64,000 bases of DNA from an uncultured virus (IMG/VR IMGVR_UViG_3300039039_000012) (Duplodnaviria > Heunggongvirae > Uroviricota > Caudoviricetes > Crassvirales), in IMG/VR virus record IMGVR_UViG_3300039039_000012, one strand, 5' to 3'. The position numbers and the translations under genes were made by a program. The notes beneath the pieces are model-generated. The model was not told the DNA's origin and made no database searches. It saw only the letters and a program-made list of their open reading frames with translations. Positions 9,939 to 21,069 of the stretch are shown one piece after another (positions within the stretch are counted from its first letter, which is position 1; every line of letters begins with the position of its first letter).

Positions 9939-12509
9939 TTAATATAGATTATTAGTTAATTCATCATAGTAATATTGAATAACATAAGGATCTGTACTTC
10001 CACTAAGTTGAGCAAGTTTAGTAGCAACATTTTGTTGAATAGCTTTAACAGCATTTTCATCTACTGCCATACCAGCTTTAACAGCAGTTACAGTTTGTTC
10101 CCATTGAGATAAATTATCTACAATATCAACAGCATTTTCTTTACTTACTAAACCAATAGTTTGATTATTAGTAGAATTAATTAAATTAAAACCTCCACCA
10201 TTAGGCACTAATTTAAATTTATCAATTCCAGTAAATGCAGCATTATTAGTAAGCGAAATAGGTCTATTAGCATTATAATAATTTTCTACTTTACCAGCAG
10301 CTCTCCAAGAAGTATCTTGATTCCAAGATTGAATAACAGCACTATCAATAGCTCCACTACCAACAAGAAGAGTTACAGGTTCTCTTTTAAGTTTACCTTC
10401 TGTATCGTAATAGCCAGCAATATTAATTTGAACACCAACATCTCCAGTTTTTGGATCACGAACTATAGTAGGAATGATTTCGTTTTCTTTAGCACTTCTA
10501 AGATATGCAGTATAAGCTTTTCTATCTTCAGAAGTCATAGATTCAAATATTCCATTTTCACTAGTAATATAAGCTTCACCTTGAGTTAAATCAATACCAC
10601 TACGAATAGCCATCATAGCTTGTTCTTCTTTATTCTTTTTATAAGCTGAAAGTTTACTAGCTTCTTCAGGATTAGCGTTCATCATAAAATTAATTTCAGC
10701 TAATTCTGGAGTTAAAGCACTAATACCAATAGTAGAAGAAGTTATTTGACCACCATCAAGAACAGCATCATTTTTAGATTTAAGAGAATCAACATAATCA
10801 ATTAAACCAATATAAGGTTCTTTATTACCTGTTGGTAATCCAGCATGATGTTCTTCACCATTAGAGTCAACTCGAACAAATTTATCACCGTAACCAAAAA
10901 ATCTAGTCTTAGCAGAATTAAGAAAAGCATTTAAAGGATTTCTAGTATCTTCAGCTTCTTTAACAGCTTTACCAAAACTATAAATAGATTTATGATAATC
11001 TTTAGGTAATTCAGCATATCTATAACCATTACCATCAGAACCAAATCTTACTCCAAGACTAGCAGCTTTTTTCTCTCCTCCAATAGCATTAATAAATGAA
11101 TTATAAACATCATCATTATTAAAGTATTGTCTAATAGCAGAACTATCTCCAAATATTTGATTAACATATTTACTATATGTATCAGAATATTTATTAGAAG
11201 GTAAATCGCTTAAACTAATAATAGAATTATAAGTATCAAATCCATCAATATTATCTTGAGATTTACCAACTTTAAGATTATTAATATATTCTTGATTATC
11301 AATAATATCATTAAGATAGCTAAGTGCATATGCTCTATCAGTAGGATTACTAATATTACTCATAATATTATTTCTAATAACATCTGTATCAGCAGTACTT
11401 AAATCAATATTAATATCAGGATTATATTTAGTAAGAAGTCCAGCTATTGATTGTCTATTAGTAGTAATTTCAGCTTGAGCTTGTGCAGGCATAAAATTAT
11501 CAATACGAACAGGAGTACCTTTATAAGTTAAATTATCAATAGCTTGTTTTCTTTGAGTATTATTAGCAGCAGTTTTCTGAGCTAATGCTAATTGAGCTTT
11601 CCATGCAGCACCATATGTAGTATCACTAGTTTGATTATAAAAAGTAGCAGCATTATAGAAAGGGTCAATACGTTTAGCAAGATATTGTTCAGGAGTAAGA
11701 AGAATACCATTTTTATCTGTTATATCAGGATTACTTCCATTTTGGTCATACTTCCATTTAGCAATCTTATAATCTTGGTCAAGACTAGCTTTAGCACCAG
11801 GAGTATTTTCTATAACAGCTTTAACAGCTTCAGCAAGTTTAGCTTTACTTAATCTTTGCCATTGACCTTTACTATGAGAATAAATTTCTCCTGTAACTGA
11901 TTTAGTAATATCATCAGTAACTTTACCGTTAGCATCAAGCCATCTTGTTTGACTACCACCGCCTTGTTCTTTAGCAGCCCATTGTAATGCTTGATTGAGT
12001 ATTTGATTCATAGGAACTTCAGAAACTTCTCTATCTGTAGGAGTCCATTTAGTTCCACCAACAACATTACCATTCTTATCAGTTATATCTTGATAGTTAT
12101 ATTTATTAACAGCACGATAATAATTCTTATAATCTTCCGATAAATCAGTACGTTTATCAAGATTATCCATATATGCTTTATAATCTTGTTGAGCACGTAA
12201 ACGACCAATCATTCCGGGACTAGAAGTTATATCTCCATAAGTACCAACTATATCATCAAGACTAGAATAAGCATTTCCATATTGCATATTCTCTGTAAGA
12301 GCATTTCGAACTTTATTAAGTTGTTCTTGACGCCAAGCATCTTCAGCTTCATTTAAATCTAATTGAGCAAGTTGAGCATCAATTTGAGATTTAGTTTGAA
12401 TAGCTTGTTGATGTCCTTGTTCAAGAGTATTATAAGTTTTAGCTAAAACATTTAAGTCAATAGGATTAACTTGTTGTCTAAAAGTAGGAGTATAAAAATT
12501 TATAGGCAT
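9939..12509 (-). CDS. Virion cargo/ejection protein (856 aa)
   Basis: Long ORF tightly packed in the cargo cluster between tail genes and RNAP genes. Confidence 0.55.
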   Translation of the reverse strand: MPINFYTPTFRQQVNPIDLNVLAKTYNTLEQGHQQAIQTKSQIDAQLAQLDLNEAEDAWRQEQLNKVRNALTENMQYGNAYSSLDDIVGTYGDITSSPGMIGRLRAQQDYKAYMDNLDKRTDLSEDYKNYYRAVNKYNYQDITDKNGNVVGGTKWTPTDREVSEVPMNQILNQALQWAAKEQGGGSQTRWLDANGKVTDDITKSVTGEIYSHSKGQWQRLSKAKLAEAVKAVIENTPGAKASLDQDYKIAKWKYDQNGSNPDITDKNGILLTPEQYLAKRIDPFYNAATFYNQTSDTTYGAAWKAQLALAQKTAANNTQRKQAIDNLTYKGTPVRIDNFMPAQAQAEITTNRQSIAGLLTKYNPDINIDLSTADTDVIRNNIMSNISNPTDRAYALSYLNDIIDNQEYINNLKVGKSQDNIDGFDTYNSIISLSDLPSNKYSDTYSKYVNQIFGDSSAIRQYFNNDDVYNSFINAIGGEKKAASLGVRFGSDGNGYRYAELPKDYHKSIYSFGKAVKEAEDTRNPLNAFLNSAKTRFFGYGDKFVRVDSNGEEHHAGLPTGNKEPYIGLIDYVDSLKSKNDAVLDGGQITSSTIGISALTPELAEINFMMNANPEEASKLSAYKKNKEEQAMMAIRSGIDLTQGEAYITSENGIFESMTSEDRKAYTAYLRSAKENEIIPTIVRDPKTGDVGVQINIAGYYDTEGKLKREPVTLLVGSGAIDSAVIQSWNQDTSWRAAGKVENYYNANRPISLTNNAAFTGIDKFKLVPNGGGFNLINSTNNQTIGLVSKENAVDIVDNLSQWEQTVTAVKAGMAVDENAVKAIQQNVATKLAQLSGSTDPYVIQYYYDELTNNLY

Positions 12510-12511
12510 AG

Positions 12512-14746
12512 TTATTTTCCTCCAAGTTTTCTACGTTTACGAATTACAAATTCATCATAATCAACTCCAGCATCTCTCATTATTCTATCATCTACATTAG
12601 GAGCAGATGCCCTCATAGCACCAATAGTATTATTTAAAGCTTTACGATTTTCATATCTACTAATCATATCTTGAATACCAGCATTAATTCCAGTAAATAA
12701 ATTATTTACATTAGTAAGTTTAGCTTCTCTAATACCATTATCAAATGCTGTTTTTCTATCTATATATTGATTGTATTGTTGAGCATTAAATTGACGTACA
12801 CTTTGTTGATTACGTCTATCTTGATTAATAAGATTAGTTTCAATATTTTCTTTTTCACCATAAAGTTGATTAACAGCTTGACCAGCAGCATTGCGAACTC
12901 TTTGTTTACGAGCTAAACCTACACGACTACTAGCAGTATTAGAGTCAATATCTCGATAAGCTTCAAATTTATCTTCTCTAATTCTATCAAGTTGAGGATT
13001 AATATTATATTTAGTTTTAAGTTTATTAGCACTAATAAGAGTAGGTCTGCCAGGACCTCTCATTTTATTAATAGCTCGTTTACTTGCAAAATAACTACCT
13101 AATCCTCCAGCAATATTACTACCAAGACCTATCCAATCAGCAGTAGTAATGTTTTTAAATTTACCTTGACCTTTACCATCAGATTGACTAGATTGTTTAA
13201 CAGGAACACTAGTAGAAACAGGTAAAGTAGTAGGAATACTAGCTTCTATAGTAGGAAGATTACGATTATAAGTAGCAGTAGGAGGAGTTTTAGTAGAACT
13301 AGATTGAACTGATTGACTTGACTTATTCCTTCCTCTACGGGGGGTATTCCCTTTAGATTTAGTAGTAGGTAAATTTGGAATATTAGTATTATCAACAGTT
13401 ATATTTTTATTATTACCATGACTCCAACCAGCTTTAACAAGACCACTAGTAATAGCAGGTCCATCATTAAATAAAGGAAGTTCACGTTCTGCATAATATT
13501 GAGGACGACGATTTCCATTATCTACTTTAGAATTTTTAGTAGGATTATCATTAGAAGTATTAGATTTGTTTTTATGCCATCTTCCATTTCTAAATGTATA
13601 TTCAGAACCAGAAACAGTTTCACCTCTAGCAGATCTATCAATAGGATATGGACTTGTTCTAGTAATAGTTCTATCAGTTATCGGAATATAATATCCATTA
13701 TCTTCATCATATTCCCAAGTTCTACCATGACGATTAATACGTTTTCCACCATCTCTAAGTTTGTCGTGCCGACCCCCCGTAGAGGATGGAGAATGAAGTA
13801 ATCCATTCTTAACATTACCACTAATACTAATAATCAATCCATTACTACCTTTCTTTCTAAGTTCAGGATATTTATTATAGACTTTAGCTTTAACATCATT
13901 TCTACCATGTAATCCAGCTAATCTTAAAGCATCAATAGCATCGGCTTTAGTAGGAATAGGATAACTTCTATGTCCTCCAGCAAAATCTTTTTTAGCTACA
14001 CTAGGATAAGGTTTCTTTTTAGAACCATAATCTTTATCTCTACTTAAACCACCCATAGCTTTTATAGTACCGTCATCATTAATTTTATTTCTATCTTTAA
14101 AATCTTCTTGAGCTTTAAATACTTTATTTGGATTAGCTCCACCCATAACTAATTTAGCAGGACTAATTCCATTAATAATTGGTTGAGCAGAATAAACTTT
14201 AAGTTCATCACCATTAGTTTCTACAATTTCACCATCTTCTACTTCAATACCAGTTTTATCACTAGGACCAATATCAATACCACCTTGACTATGTTTTCTT
14301 CCATTCATATAAAAGAAATTATTACCAAGAGGATGAGCAATACCACCATCAACTACATTAGGAACTTTTCCACCAGTAGCATATTGTTTTTGTGGGATAT
14401 TTCTTCCATTAGTTCTAGGAGTTTGAATAATATTAAATGGAAAAGTTGGTCCAAGGTCTTCATCATTAGGAAAAGATTCTTTATTAAAATTCTTAACATA
14501 ATCAACAAGTCTACCGGCAGTATTATCCATTAATTGTTCTCTATCATTTCTAGGTATTAAATTATTAATACCATTATAAAGAAATTCATTACCAAGTCTT
14601 ATTAATCCGGTAGTTTTAGCTACTTTATCATAAACTCCACCAAGTGGAGGAATACCACTTTTAATAAATCTGCCATCTTTAGTAACTGTACCTTTAAATT
14701 CACTAGGCATGTCACTTATATGAATAGTTTTATTTTTTCTAGGCAT
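12512..14746 (-). CDS. Virion cargo protein (744 aa)
   Basis: GRKHSQGGIDI...EVEDGE segment typical of crAss cargo proteins, disordered middle, hydrophobic Gly-rich helix, Q/R-rich C terminus. Confidence 0.55.
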   Translation of the reverse strand: MPRKNKTIHISDMPSEFKGTVTKDGRFIKSGIPPLGGVYDKVAKTTGLIRLGNEFLYNGINNLIPRNDREQLMDNTAGRLVDYVKNFNKESFPNDEDLGPTFPFNIIQTPRTNGRNIPQKQYATGGKVPNVVDGGIAHPLGNNFFYMNGRKHSQGGIDIGPSDKTGIEVEDGEIVETNGDELKVYSAQPIINGISPAKLVMGGANPNKVFKAQEDFKDRNKINDDGTIKAMGGLSRDKDYGSKKKPYPSVAKKDFAGGHRSYPIPTKADAIDALRLAGLHGRNDVKAKVYNKYPELRKKGSNGLIISISGNVKNGLLHSPSSTGGRHDKLRDGGKRINRHGRTWEYDEDNGYYIPITDRTITRTSPYPIDRSARGETVSGSEYTFRNGRWHKNKSNTSNDNPTKNSKVDNGNRRPQYYAERELPLFNDGPAITSGLVKAGWSHGNNKNITVDNTNIPNLPTTKSKGNTPRRGRNKSSQSVQSSSTKTPPTATYNRNLPTIEASIPTTLPVSTSVPVKQSSQSDGKGQGKFKNITTADWIGLGSNIAGGLGSYFASKRAINKMRGPGRPTLISANKLKTKYNINPQLDRIREDKFEAYRDIDSNTASSRVGLARKQRVRNAAGQAVNQLYGEKENIETNLINQDRRNQQSVRQFNAQQYNQYIDRKTAFDNGIREAKLTNVNNLFTGINAGIQDMISRYENRKALNNTIGAMRASAPNVDDRIMRDAGVDYDEFVIRKRRKLGGK

Positions 14747-14790
14747 TGTTATATAATATAATGAGAAATTAATATTTTATTGATTTTAAG

Positions 14791-14861
14791 GCTCTCTGTT
14801 GAACGATAACATATAATTCGATTAATAGTTCATACTTATATGTAATAATCCAACAGAGGGC
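14791..14861. promoter_or_regulatory. Long intergenic hairpin
   Basis: GCTCTCTGTTG/CAACAGAGGGC outer arms and ACATATAA/TTATATGT inner arms. Confidence 0.55.
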
Positions 14862-14867
14862 AAAAGA

Positions 14868-15662
14868 TTAACATCTACGTCCGCCATACCGATATGTTTT
14901 CAGTCTATCTCTGTAAACCGATGGAGGCATAACAGACTGTTGATTAATACCATTAGTAATCCATTCAGGATGCTCAAGACCAGTTTTAGGAGCACTATAA
15001 ACAGATTGGTCATCTTGTTTAACTTGAATAGGTTCTTTACCTTTATTTCCAAGCATACCACCAATTAGACTTCCAGCAGCTCCAATGGCAGCACCAATCC
15101 AAGCTTTTCTACGTCCACCGCATTTATATTTATTAATAAAGCTAGAACGTTGATACATAGTCATTGGATTAGTCATTGCATTAGAAGTAATATTAAGTTG
15201 TTGTTGACCTGATTGAAGTTGCTTACGTTTCTCAGCTTCTTGAGCAATACGTTTATTTTCATTAATTTGTTGATTAGCATTAATGCCTTGCCCTATAGTA
15301 GCACCTAATTTATCAAGTCCTTCTACACCAGTAACAGAACTTGCAAGACTTCCCAAACCAGGAAGAGCTTGAACAAGTTCTGTACCAAAATTAGCTTTAC
15401 GTCTAATTCTTCCACCACATTTAAGGGTAAGTTTATCATTATATTGATTAACATAATCTTGATTAGAATAAGCACTAGTTAAAGCTTGAGCATTTTGTAA
15501 AGCATCTTTATGGTCTTGTGCAGCTTGAGCTTCTGCTTGAGCCTTTTCTTGAGCTTTCTTTTGTTTATTACCTTTAATTATACCACCAGCTATACTAGCA
15601 GCAGCACCAATAATAGCACCAATAAATGCTTTTTGTCTTTGTCTATCTTTGTACTGTATCAT
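14868..15662 (-). CDS. Small cargo/ejection protein with repeated Gly/Ala hydrophobic helices (264 aa)
   Basis: Repeated KA(F/W)IGAxIGAA segments and CGGR motifs. Confidence 0.55.
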   Translation of the reverse strand: MIQYKDRQRQKAFIGAIIGAAASIAGGIIKGNKQKKAQEKAQAEAQAAQDHKDALQNAQALTSAYSNQDYVNQYNDKLTLKCGGRIRRKANFGTELVQALPGLGSLASSVTGVEGLDKLGATIGQGINANQQINENKRIAQEAEKRKQLQSGQQQLNITSNAMTNPMTMYQRSSFINKYKCGGRRKAWIGAAIGAAGSLIGGMLGNKGKEPIQVKQDDQSVYSAPKTGLEHPEWITNGINQQSVMPPSVYRDRLKTYRYGGRRC

Positions 15663-18600
15663 AATTTTCTAAATTGGGTTTGAGCACATTCAAGACTTTC
15701 AAATTCAATGCGCTTATTATCTGTATTATTAAATATGAAACGAACTATAAAATAATTACCATAAACTCTACGAAGTTTATCACTTGGAGAATTAGGATGT
15801 TTATTAATAGTATTACGAAAATAATTAAAGTTATATTGAGTTAGTTCATACCAAGGTTTTTTATAAGCATTAAACTTATTAAGTTTATCAATATTAATAT
15901 CAATATTATCAGTATCATTATCTTCATTAAATATACGAAGTATATCTCCAGCATAAGGATGTTCTCTTAAATCTACAGGATTATTAGTATTATCACTATA
16001 GAAAGGAATATATATTTTGCGTACTTTATATTTAATAAATTCAAGAAACTTAATAAGTTCATAAGATTCATTAATAATAATATCAATATAACTATTATAA
16101 ACAAGTTCTGGTTCTTCGCCAACTTCTTGTCTTGAAATCATATAAAGACTATTACTATCATCTCCCATGTGAGTATTAAATCTACCATAATTATATTCAT
16201 TAGTAAACACATGAAGAGGACAATTAAGTCTATCATTATTATGTTCAGTTTGAAAATAACATTTAGTTTTAGTTGACCAAGCATTATTAAAGTAATAATC
16301 ATGTAAACTAATAAAGCTACCAACTTTATAATTAAAACTTATTACTTCATTATGAGCTTCTTCAATAATAGTTTTACTAACAGGATTTATATTATCATAT
16401 GTATAATCAAACTTAATTAAAATACGATTATTATATTTATCATGAGCAAATCTAACATTATTAGGACGATACTTATCTAACCATAACTTTATATCTTCAT
16501 ACATTAATTTAAGTTGTCCATCATCAAATTGATAAAGAGTATGAAAATCGTCATTATAGAATATATAACCAAATTCTCCAACTATATATGCTAAATCATC
16601 TTGCAATCCACCATATCCTTTATCACTAGTAAAAACTTCTTTATAATCAACTTCAAAAGCATCGGGTTGATAAAGTTGTACATTTTCATCTCTAGTTTTA
16701 AGTGCAGCACTGATATCAAACATAAACATACTATGTTGAGTATGTACTAATAGATAATATCCAATACCAACAAGATTAGTAATTATTCCTTTATTTTCAG
16801 TAATATTTTTATAACCTTCAATAGGAAATACTCTCCAAGCATTAACTTCACTTTCATCTTGAATAATATTACTACGTCTTATAGTTTTATCAAAACGAGT
16901 AATATTAATAATATCATTACGATATTGAGTTAATAACTTAGGAACAAATTGGTCAACATTACCAATAGGGTCTTTAAATAAATCAACACTATTTTTAGGT
17001 TCTACAAACGTACCAAATGCAACACTTTTTGTATCAGTTTCTTCTTTAATACTAAATGCTATTTTACTAGGTTCATTATTAAAACATTTACTTTCAAAGA
17101 ATTTATCACTATAAAGAGGAAATTGAATATATTCAACAAAAGGTTTATCAAACCAACAAGGATGTGTACCATCAATATAATAATAAGGAGTATTATCAGG
17201 TGAATATAATCTATAATCTCCTTCATTCATAATAACTCTATTATCATTATATACTAATACTCCATCATATGTCATTCTACCATTATATCCATGTTCAATA
17301 GAATATGTTCCACTAGAATAACGAACATCATTAAGTCTTATAAGTTCTTTTTCTTTATTAATATAAATGTTTCTAGTACAATTAAGAACAGTAGCAAGAA
17401 ACATAGTTTCAGCATCTAAAGAAAGTTCTTTATAATCATCCATTTCTAATGCTGTACCTTTTCCAGCTCTATCATCTGCGATACTATCAGCTACTACTAA
17501 TTTATAATTATTAATAGGTTTATATACATTTCTACTTATTACTCCTATAACAGGCATATTATAACTATATGGATAAGTAGTATTAACAACCATATCAACA
17601 ACATCAGATTTTTCTCTAAACGGTTCAAATGTACATTTACCATCAATACGAATTATATTAAAATCATATTTAATAGTATCATCAATGTCAAATCTACCAC
17701 TATATAGATAACATTTATCACTAGTATAATTATTAGAAACAAAACCTGGCTTAGCAGCATAATTAGATTCTTGCCATGTAACATTACTAGCTATATTAGC
17801 AAAATCTTTTCTAGTTAATAATCCTGTATATCTAGTAATAGGTTCTACTTTTTCATAACTAACAAACCAACCAACATAACCTAATTCTTTTATTTTATTC
17901 CAAAGATTATTATCAATATTAACATTAATATAGAACTTATTAAAGGTATCATTCATATTATATACAAAACCTCTAGTATGTTCTCCACCAATAGATTCAG
18001 ACTTAAATATTAAATCTGGTATTCTAAATAGTTCATCACCATTAATATTTTCATAATAACCAAATTTAGCTTCATTATCATAATTGCCATAAATAATTTG
18101 ATTACTAGTTGGAGTATAGCTACCACTATTTATAACTTGATAAACATATAAATCATTATATTTATCTTTATCTTGATAGTCTATAAAATAATTAGAAATA
18201 AGAATATATAAATCATCTCTATTAGTTGCTTCTAATTCGCCAGCACTATTAAGTAAAATATTAGTTAAAGGATTATTAATAGGTTCAGCAGTATAAACTA
18301 CAATTTTACTATCAGCAATATATTGTTTAACATTAGAACTAATACTAGATATTGGAATAGTTCCACTAATTACAACCCAATAAGGAATAGTACCAGCAGT
18401 ACCATTAATCCAATCAACAGTTATTATAGTACAATGAGAATTATCATTTATAACATCATTTATATATTTATCTTTATTAGATAATTTATATCCTCTACTA
18501 GCATCACCATACTTATCAACAAAATGAATAAAGAAATTATATACTTCTCCAGGAATAAGAGTATCATTCTTTTTACGTTCATTAAAATCATAAGAAGGAT

Positions 18601-20170
18601 CAATTACACTATGAGTAATTCTCATTTTACAATTATCAATATCAAATTGAGCAGTTCCAAATATTATAACTCCGCTAGTAAATACAGCATCTTCTGTAAA
18701 TCCAACACCATTATAAGTATAACAAACAATTTTAACTTCACTAGGTAAACTATAACTAGATATATTATTTTCATACTTATAACTAGTAGGAATAATAAAA
18801 CAATTACATGCTAAATATTCTTTAATATTAGCTCCGCCTTTAGAACCTACTTTTATTACAGTATTATAATTAACTTTTAAATATTCATGAGCAGCAATAC
18901 CTTGAATAACAGTTTCATTAAGAAGAGTTTTAAAAGTACGAAAAGGATATTGATTATTATTAAATAGTTTAGTATAATCAGCTATTTCATAATCTACAGT
19001 TCCAGTAAATCCAAGACTAGCCATTTTAAAATAAGGTCCTTTTTCACTAACTGCATGTACAACATTATAACTGTTATAATAAGCATTAACAGATTTATTT
19101 CTAAGTTTAATAACAATATCATTAACAGATTCTTCTAATGTTTTACCATCACTCAAAGTTCTATTATCATTATCACTTTTTTCATCATAATTAGCAATAT
19201 ATATTCTATTTTTATAATTAATAATGTTACCAACATTATAATAATTATAATAATCAGTAGTTAAATCTGCTATATTATATTCCACAAGTACATCTCTACT
19301 AAACTTAAAAATATTACTATTTAAATCATCAGTTCTAAAAGCTTGCGTACTATCTTTTTTACATATAATAAGTCCTAATTGATAAAGTCCTGAACGACCA
19401 CCAGTAATACTTACTTCAAAAGTTTGATTACATATATCTTTAGAATCACTAAAAGAATCACTATTTCCATAGCAATATCCATTAGGGTCATCTTTAGGAT
19501 CATAAACAAACTCTTTACGAAAACAAACTTTATTAATAACTTGTGGAATTATAACATCATTAAAAATAGGAAATCCAATACTATACCATTTAGTATAATT
19601 AGTCTTATCTATTTTATATCTAATAAACATAAAATAAAATCCTTTATAAGCAGCTCCACTAACATAATTTAAATTACTAACTGTGGGTAAAGTTACTTGA
19701 GGAATAATAGACATTTCAGTATCAGGACTTCCAGAATCTAAATCAATATTAATAGTTTTAAGAGGAACATCAACAGAAGCATCACTTTCAGCAACAGCAA
19801 TTATAAGATGATTTTTAACATTATATGTATATGTTCCTTTAATCTTACCGCCGTTATATTTCCAATTACTGTTTGCTCTATAACAACTAGAAGATTCTTC
19901 ATTATATCTATAAATATAAGATTCATTATTATCTACATTAATAACAAATAAAATAAGTTCAGTGCTAGTAGGAATAACACCAACTATTTTAAAATTATTA
20001 ATACCATCTTCATGAATACTATTAGCAATTATACTACAATCTTCAAGCCCTTCTTCATTAACAATCATCCTATCGTCATTACTTATCTTAACATTCTTAG
20101 CAGCAACTAAAGAATAAGGAACACAATCTCCAGGATGTTTATTAAGACTAAGTTTCTTTTGTATATTCAT
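15659..20170 (-). CDS. Tail stabilisation/muzzle protein (P22 gp10-like, 1503 aa)
   Basis: Size, N-terminal KKLSLNKHP start, beta-rich composition and position directly after the tail ring genes in crAss synteny. Confidence 0.65.
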   Translation of the reverse strand: MNIQKKLSLNKHPGDCVPYSLVAAKNVKISNDDRMIVNEEGLEDCSIIANSIHEDGINNFKIVGVIPTSTELILFVINVDNNESYIYRYNEESSSCYRANSNWKYNGGKIKGTYTYNVKNHLIIAVAESDASVDVPLKTINIDLDSGSPDTEMSIIPQVTLPTVSNLNYVSGAAYKGFYFMFIRYKIDKTNYTKWYSIGFPIFNDVIIPQVINKVCFRKEFVYDPKDDPNGYCYGNSDSFSDSKDICNQTFEVSITGGRSGLYQLGLIICKKDSTQAFRTDDLNSNIFKFSRDVLVEYNIADLTTDYYNYYNVGNIINYKNRIYIANYDEKSDNDNRTLSDGKTLEESVNDIVIKLRNKSVNAYYNSYNVVHAVSEKGPYFKMASLGFTGTVDYEIADYTKLFNNNQYPFRTFKTLLNETVIQGIAAHEYLKVNYNTVIKVGSKGGANIKEYLACNCFIIPTSYKYENNISSYSLPSEVKIVCYTYNGVGFTEDAVFTSGVIIFGTAQFDIDNCKMRITHSVIDPSYDFNERKKNDTLIPGEVYNFFIHFVDKYGDASRGYKLSNKDKYINDVINDNSHCTIITVDWINGTAGTIPYWVVISGTIPISSISSNVKQYIADSKIVVYTAEPINNPLTNILLNSAGELEATNRDDLYILISNYFIDYQDKDKYNDLYVYQVINSGSYTPTSNQIIYGNYDNEAKFGYYENINGDELFRIPDLIFKSESIGGEHTRGFVYNMNDTFNKFYINVNIDNNLWNKIKELGYVGWFVSYEKVEPITRYTGLLTRKDFANIASNVTWQESNYAAKPGFVSNNYTSDKCYLYSGRFDIDDTIKYDFNIIRIDGKCTFEPFREKSDVVDMVVNTTYPYSYNMPVIGVISRNVYKPINNYKLVVADSIADDRAGKGTALEMDDYKELSLDAETMFLATVLNCTRNIYINKEKELIRLNDVRYSSGTYSIEHGYNGRMTYDGVLVYNDNRVIMNEGDYRLYSPDNTPYYYIDGTHPCWFDKPFVEYIQFPLYSDKFFESKCFNNEPSKIAFSIKEETDTKSVAFGTFVEPKNSVDLFKDPIGNVDQFVPKLLTQYRNDIINITRFDKTIRRSNIIQDESEVNAWRVFPIEGYKNITENKGIITNLVGIGYYLLVHTQHSMFMFDISAALKTRDENVQLYQPDAFEVDYKEVFTSDKGYGGLQDDLAYIVGEFGYIFYNDDFHTLYQFDDGQLKLMYEDIKLWLDKYRPNNVRFAHDKYNNRILIKFDYTYDNINPVSKTIIEEAHNEVISFNYKVGSFISLHDYYFNNAWSTKTKCYFQTEHNNDRLNCPLHVFTNEYNYGRFNTHMGDDSNSLYMISRQEVGEEPELVYNSYIDIIINESYELIKFLEFIKYKVRKIYIPFYSDNTNNPVDLREHPYAGDILRIFNEDNDTDNIDINIDKLNKFNAYKKPWYELTQYNFNYFRNTINKHPNSPSDKLRRVYGNYFIVRFIFNNTDNKRIEFESLECAQTQFRKL

Positions 20171-20172
20171 AA

Positions 20173-21069
20173 TTATTTAGGAAAAGTAAAGTTATAAAAG
20201 AACTCATTCCAACCACTATCATCATCACTTTGTTCATCTAATAAAATACTAGTCTTAATATCTTTTTTCATACTTTCCCACAAATAGAAAGGATTAGTAC
20301 CATATTGACTAGCAGAAAGATTAAATACAGGATGTTTATATCCCCTCATAAGCATACGAGCCATACAATAATAAGCAAGACCTTGAATTAATTTACCATT
20401 AGCAGGTATCACAGGAACTTCACAATGATAATTATCACTATATTGAGTTTCAATATCTTTATAAACAATAGTTATACAAGTATCATTAAAATTAAGTTCG
20501 ATAGTATTACCATCTACTAGAACATAATTATGACTTGACTTATCATATCCTCCACGGGGGATATAACAATGAGAATGAACTTCATGCTGACATCTTGGAC
20601 ATTCAGTATTGTTATGAAGAGAATAAACTACAGGATTACATCCTACTTTGCCAGTATCAATAACTTCTCTAGTTCTAGAACCGTTTGGGCAACAATCAGC
20701 AGGCATACCAAGATAATCTTTATTAGTAGCACGTTCCGGACTTTCGTCCTCCACTCCACCCCCCGTAGAGGATGGAATTGAATTATTATCACTACAATTA
20801 TATCTACTATTATCAGCTCTAGGTACTTCACAACCGTTACTATCATAAACTTTAAGACCGTCATCAATAAGACAACATTTACTTTTAGCTATCTTATTAG
20901 TGACGGTTAATTTAATTTTCTTATCTACTTTACGAAGAACTTTAAGTTCATTCATAGCATCAACACACCAAGCAGCAACTCTAGGAATCCAATCACTATT
21001 ACTAGGATTGAAATCGTTGTCTATTTTTGCTATTATGTGCTCCACGTTTATACTTTTGTTGTTCGACAT
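20173..21069 (-). CDS. Tail tubular/ring protein (P22 gp4-like)
   Basis: Likely start MSNNKS at 21069; IIAKIDNDF...WCVDAM N terminus; immediately upstream of the muzzle gene. Confidence 0.55.
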   Translation of the reverse strand: MSNNKSINVEHIIAKIDNDFNPSNSDWIPRVAAWCVDAMNELKVLRKVDKKIKLTVTNKIAKSKCCLIDDGLKVYDSNGCEVPRADNSRYNCSDNNSIPSSTGGGVEDESPERATNKDYLGMPADCCPNGSRTREVIDTGKVGCNPVVYSLHNNTECPRCQHEVHSHCYIPRGGYDKSSHNYVLVDGNTIELNFNDTCITIVYKDIETQYSDNYHCEVPVIPANGKLIQGLAYYCMARMLMRGYKHPVFNLSASQYGTNPFYLWESMKKDIKTSILLDEQSDDDSGWNEFFYNFTFPK

